Source: Oscillospiraceae bacterium (GTDB lineage: Bacteria; Bacillota; Clostridia; Oscillospirales; Acutalibacteraceae). From it: 64,000 nucleotides of DNA. Of this stretch, positions 63,868 to 64,000 are shown in pieces. The DNA lies in the NCBI GenBank assembly GCA_015066625.1, contig SVOC01000012.1:3123-67122 (forward strand), given 5' to 3'. Every line of letters begins with the position of its first letter. Within the stretch, counting starts at the first letter, position 1. Below the pieces are notes generated by a model. The model was given only the letters and a program-made list of their open reading frames with translations, did not search any database and was not told the DNA's origin. The translations under genes and the position numbers were made by a program.

Positions 63868-64000
63868 AACAAAATCCGTTTTTTGATTTGAGATTAGTTT
63901 CGCTTTCGCACTGAGGGAAGTGTATGCGATACACGACCGAAGGAAAGTAAAATAAATCCAATTTCAGATTTGAGATTAGTTTCGCTTTCGCAGCGAGGGA
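63868..64000. repeat. Direct repeat with 82-nt period, truncated by the window edge
   Basis: GATTTGAGATTAGTTTCGCTTTCGCA at 63885 and again at 63967, each followed by NNGAGGGA and preceded by a related AAATCC...TTT segment. Confidence 0.8.

Noticed and set aside
63868-64000. Calling the edge repeat a CRISPR array.
   Set aside because: Only two copies are visible and they carry several mismatches. The 82-nt period and the possibly ~48-nt repeat are atypical, and there is no cas gene in the window. It is kept as an unclassified repeat and raised as a finding.

Overview
This is a 64-kb chromosomal segment that looks like an anaerobic Firmicute (Clostridia-type). The evidence is strong GGAGG-type ribosome-binding sites, TTGACA-N17-TATAAT promoters, a GlgD-containing glycogen operon, an electron-bifurcating-type [FeFe] hydrogenase and a Na+-pumping decarboxylase. 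The taxon call is inference only.

Main content, in order:
- Sugar-utilisation genes: TIM-barrel isomerase, Gfo/Idh/MocA oxidoreductase, GH35 beta-galactosidase, GH92 mannosidase, ChbG/YdjC deacetylase and GalM.
- A glgB-glgC-glgD-(CAP-domain gene)-glgA operon, with a distant glgP.
- A zinc-ribbon/PASTA protein whose kinase catalytic residues are all substituted.
- A 6.8-kb phage head and DNA-packaging module (terS to neck proteins). It has no tail, lysis, integrase or replication genes and sits directly between host genes.
- mgtE behind a long structured leader.
- An XRE-HTH/TM/lipase fusion protein.
- glyQS without a T-box.
- A four-gene Na+-translocating oxaloacetate-decarboxylase-type operon.
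- An OmpR-type two-component system followed by an HtrA protease.
- A stand-alone membrane-anchored TIR-domain protein.
- A hydC...hydB-hydA hydrogenase operon with an embedded sensory/regulatory gene set.
- Housekeeping genes: an rRNA methyltransferase, tadA, a Na/Pi transporter and others.

No rRNA or tRNA genes were seen.

Features not on the ORF track:
- A repeat unit (four 7-nt TTCAC repeats plus a hairpin core, about 60 nt) shared between the terL-portal gap and the two-component-system leader.
- Three well-formed small genes of 27, 43 and 56 aa.
- A 23-nt tandem repeat.
- A possible orphan sRNA.
- An 82-nt-period repeat cut off by the right window edge.

All protein-family calls come from motif recognition by eye. 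No database search was run.
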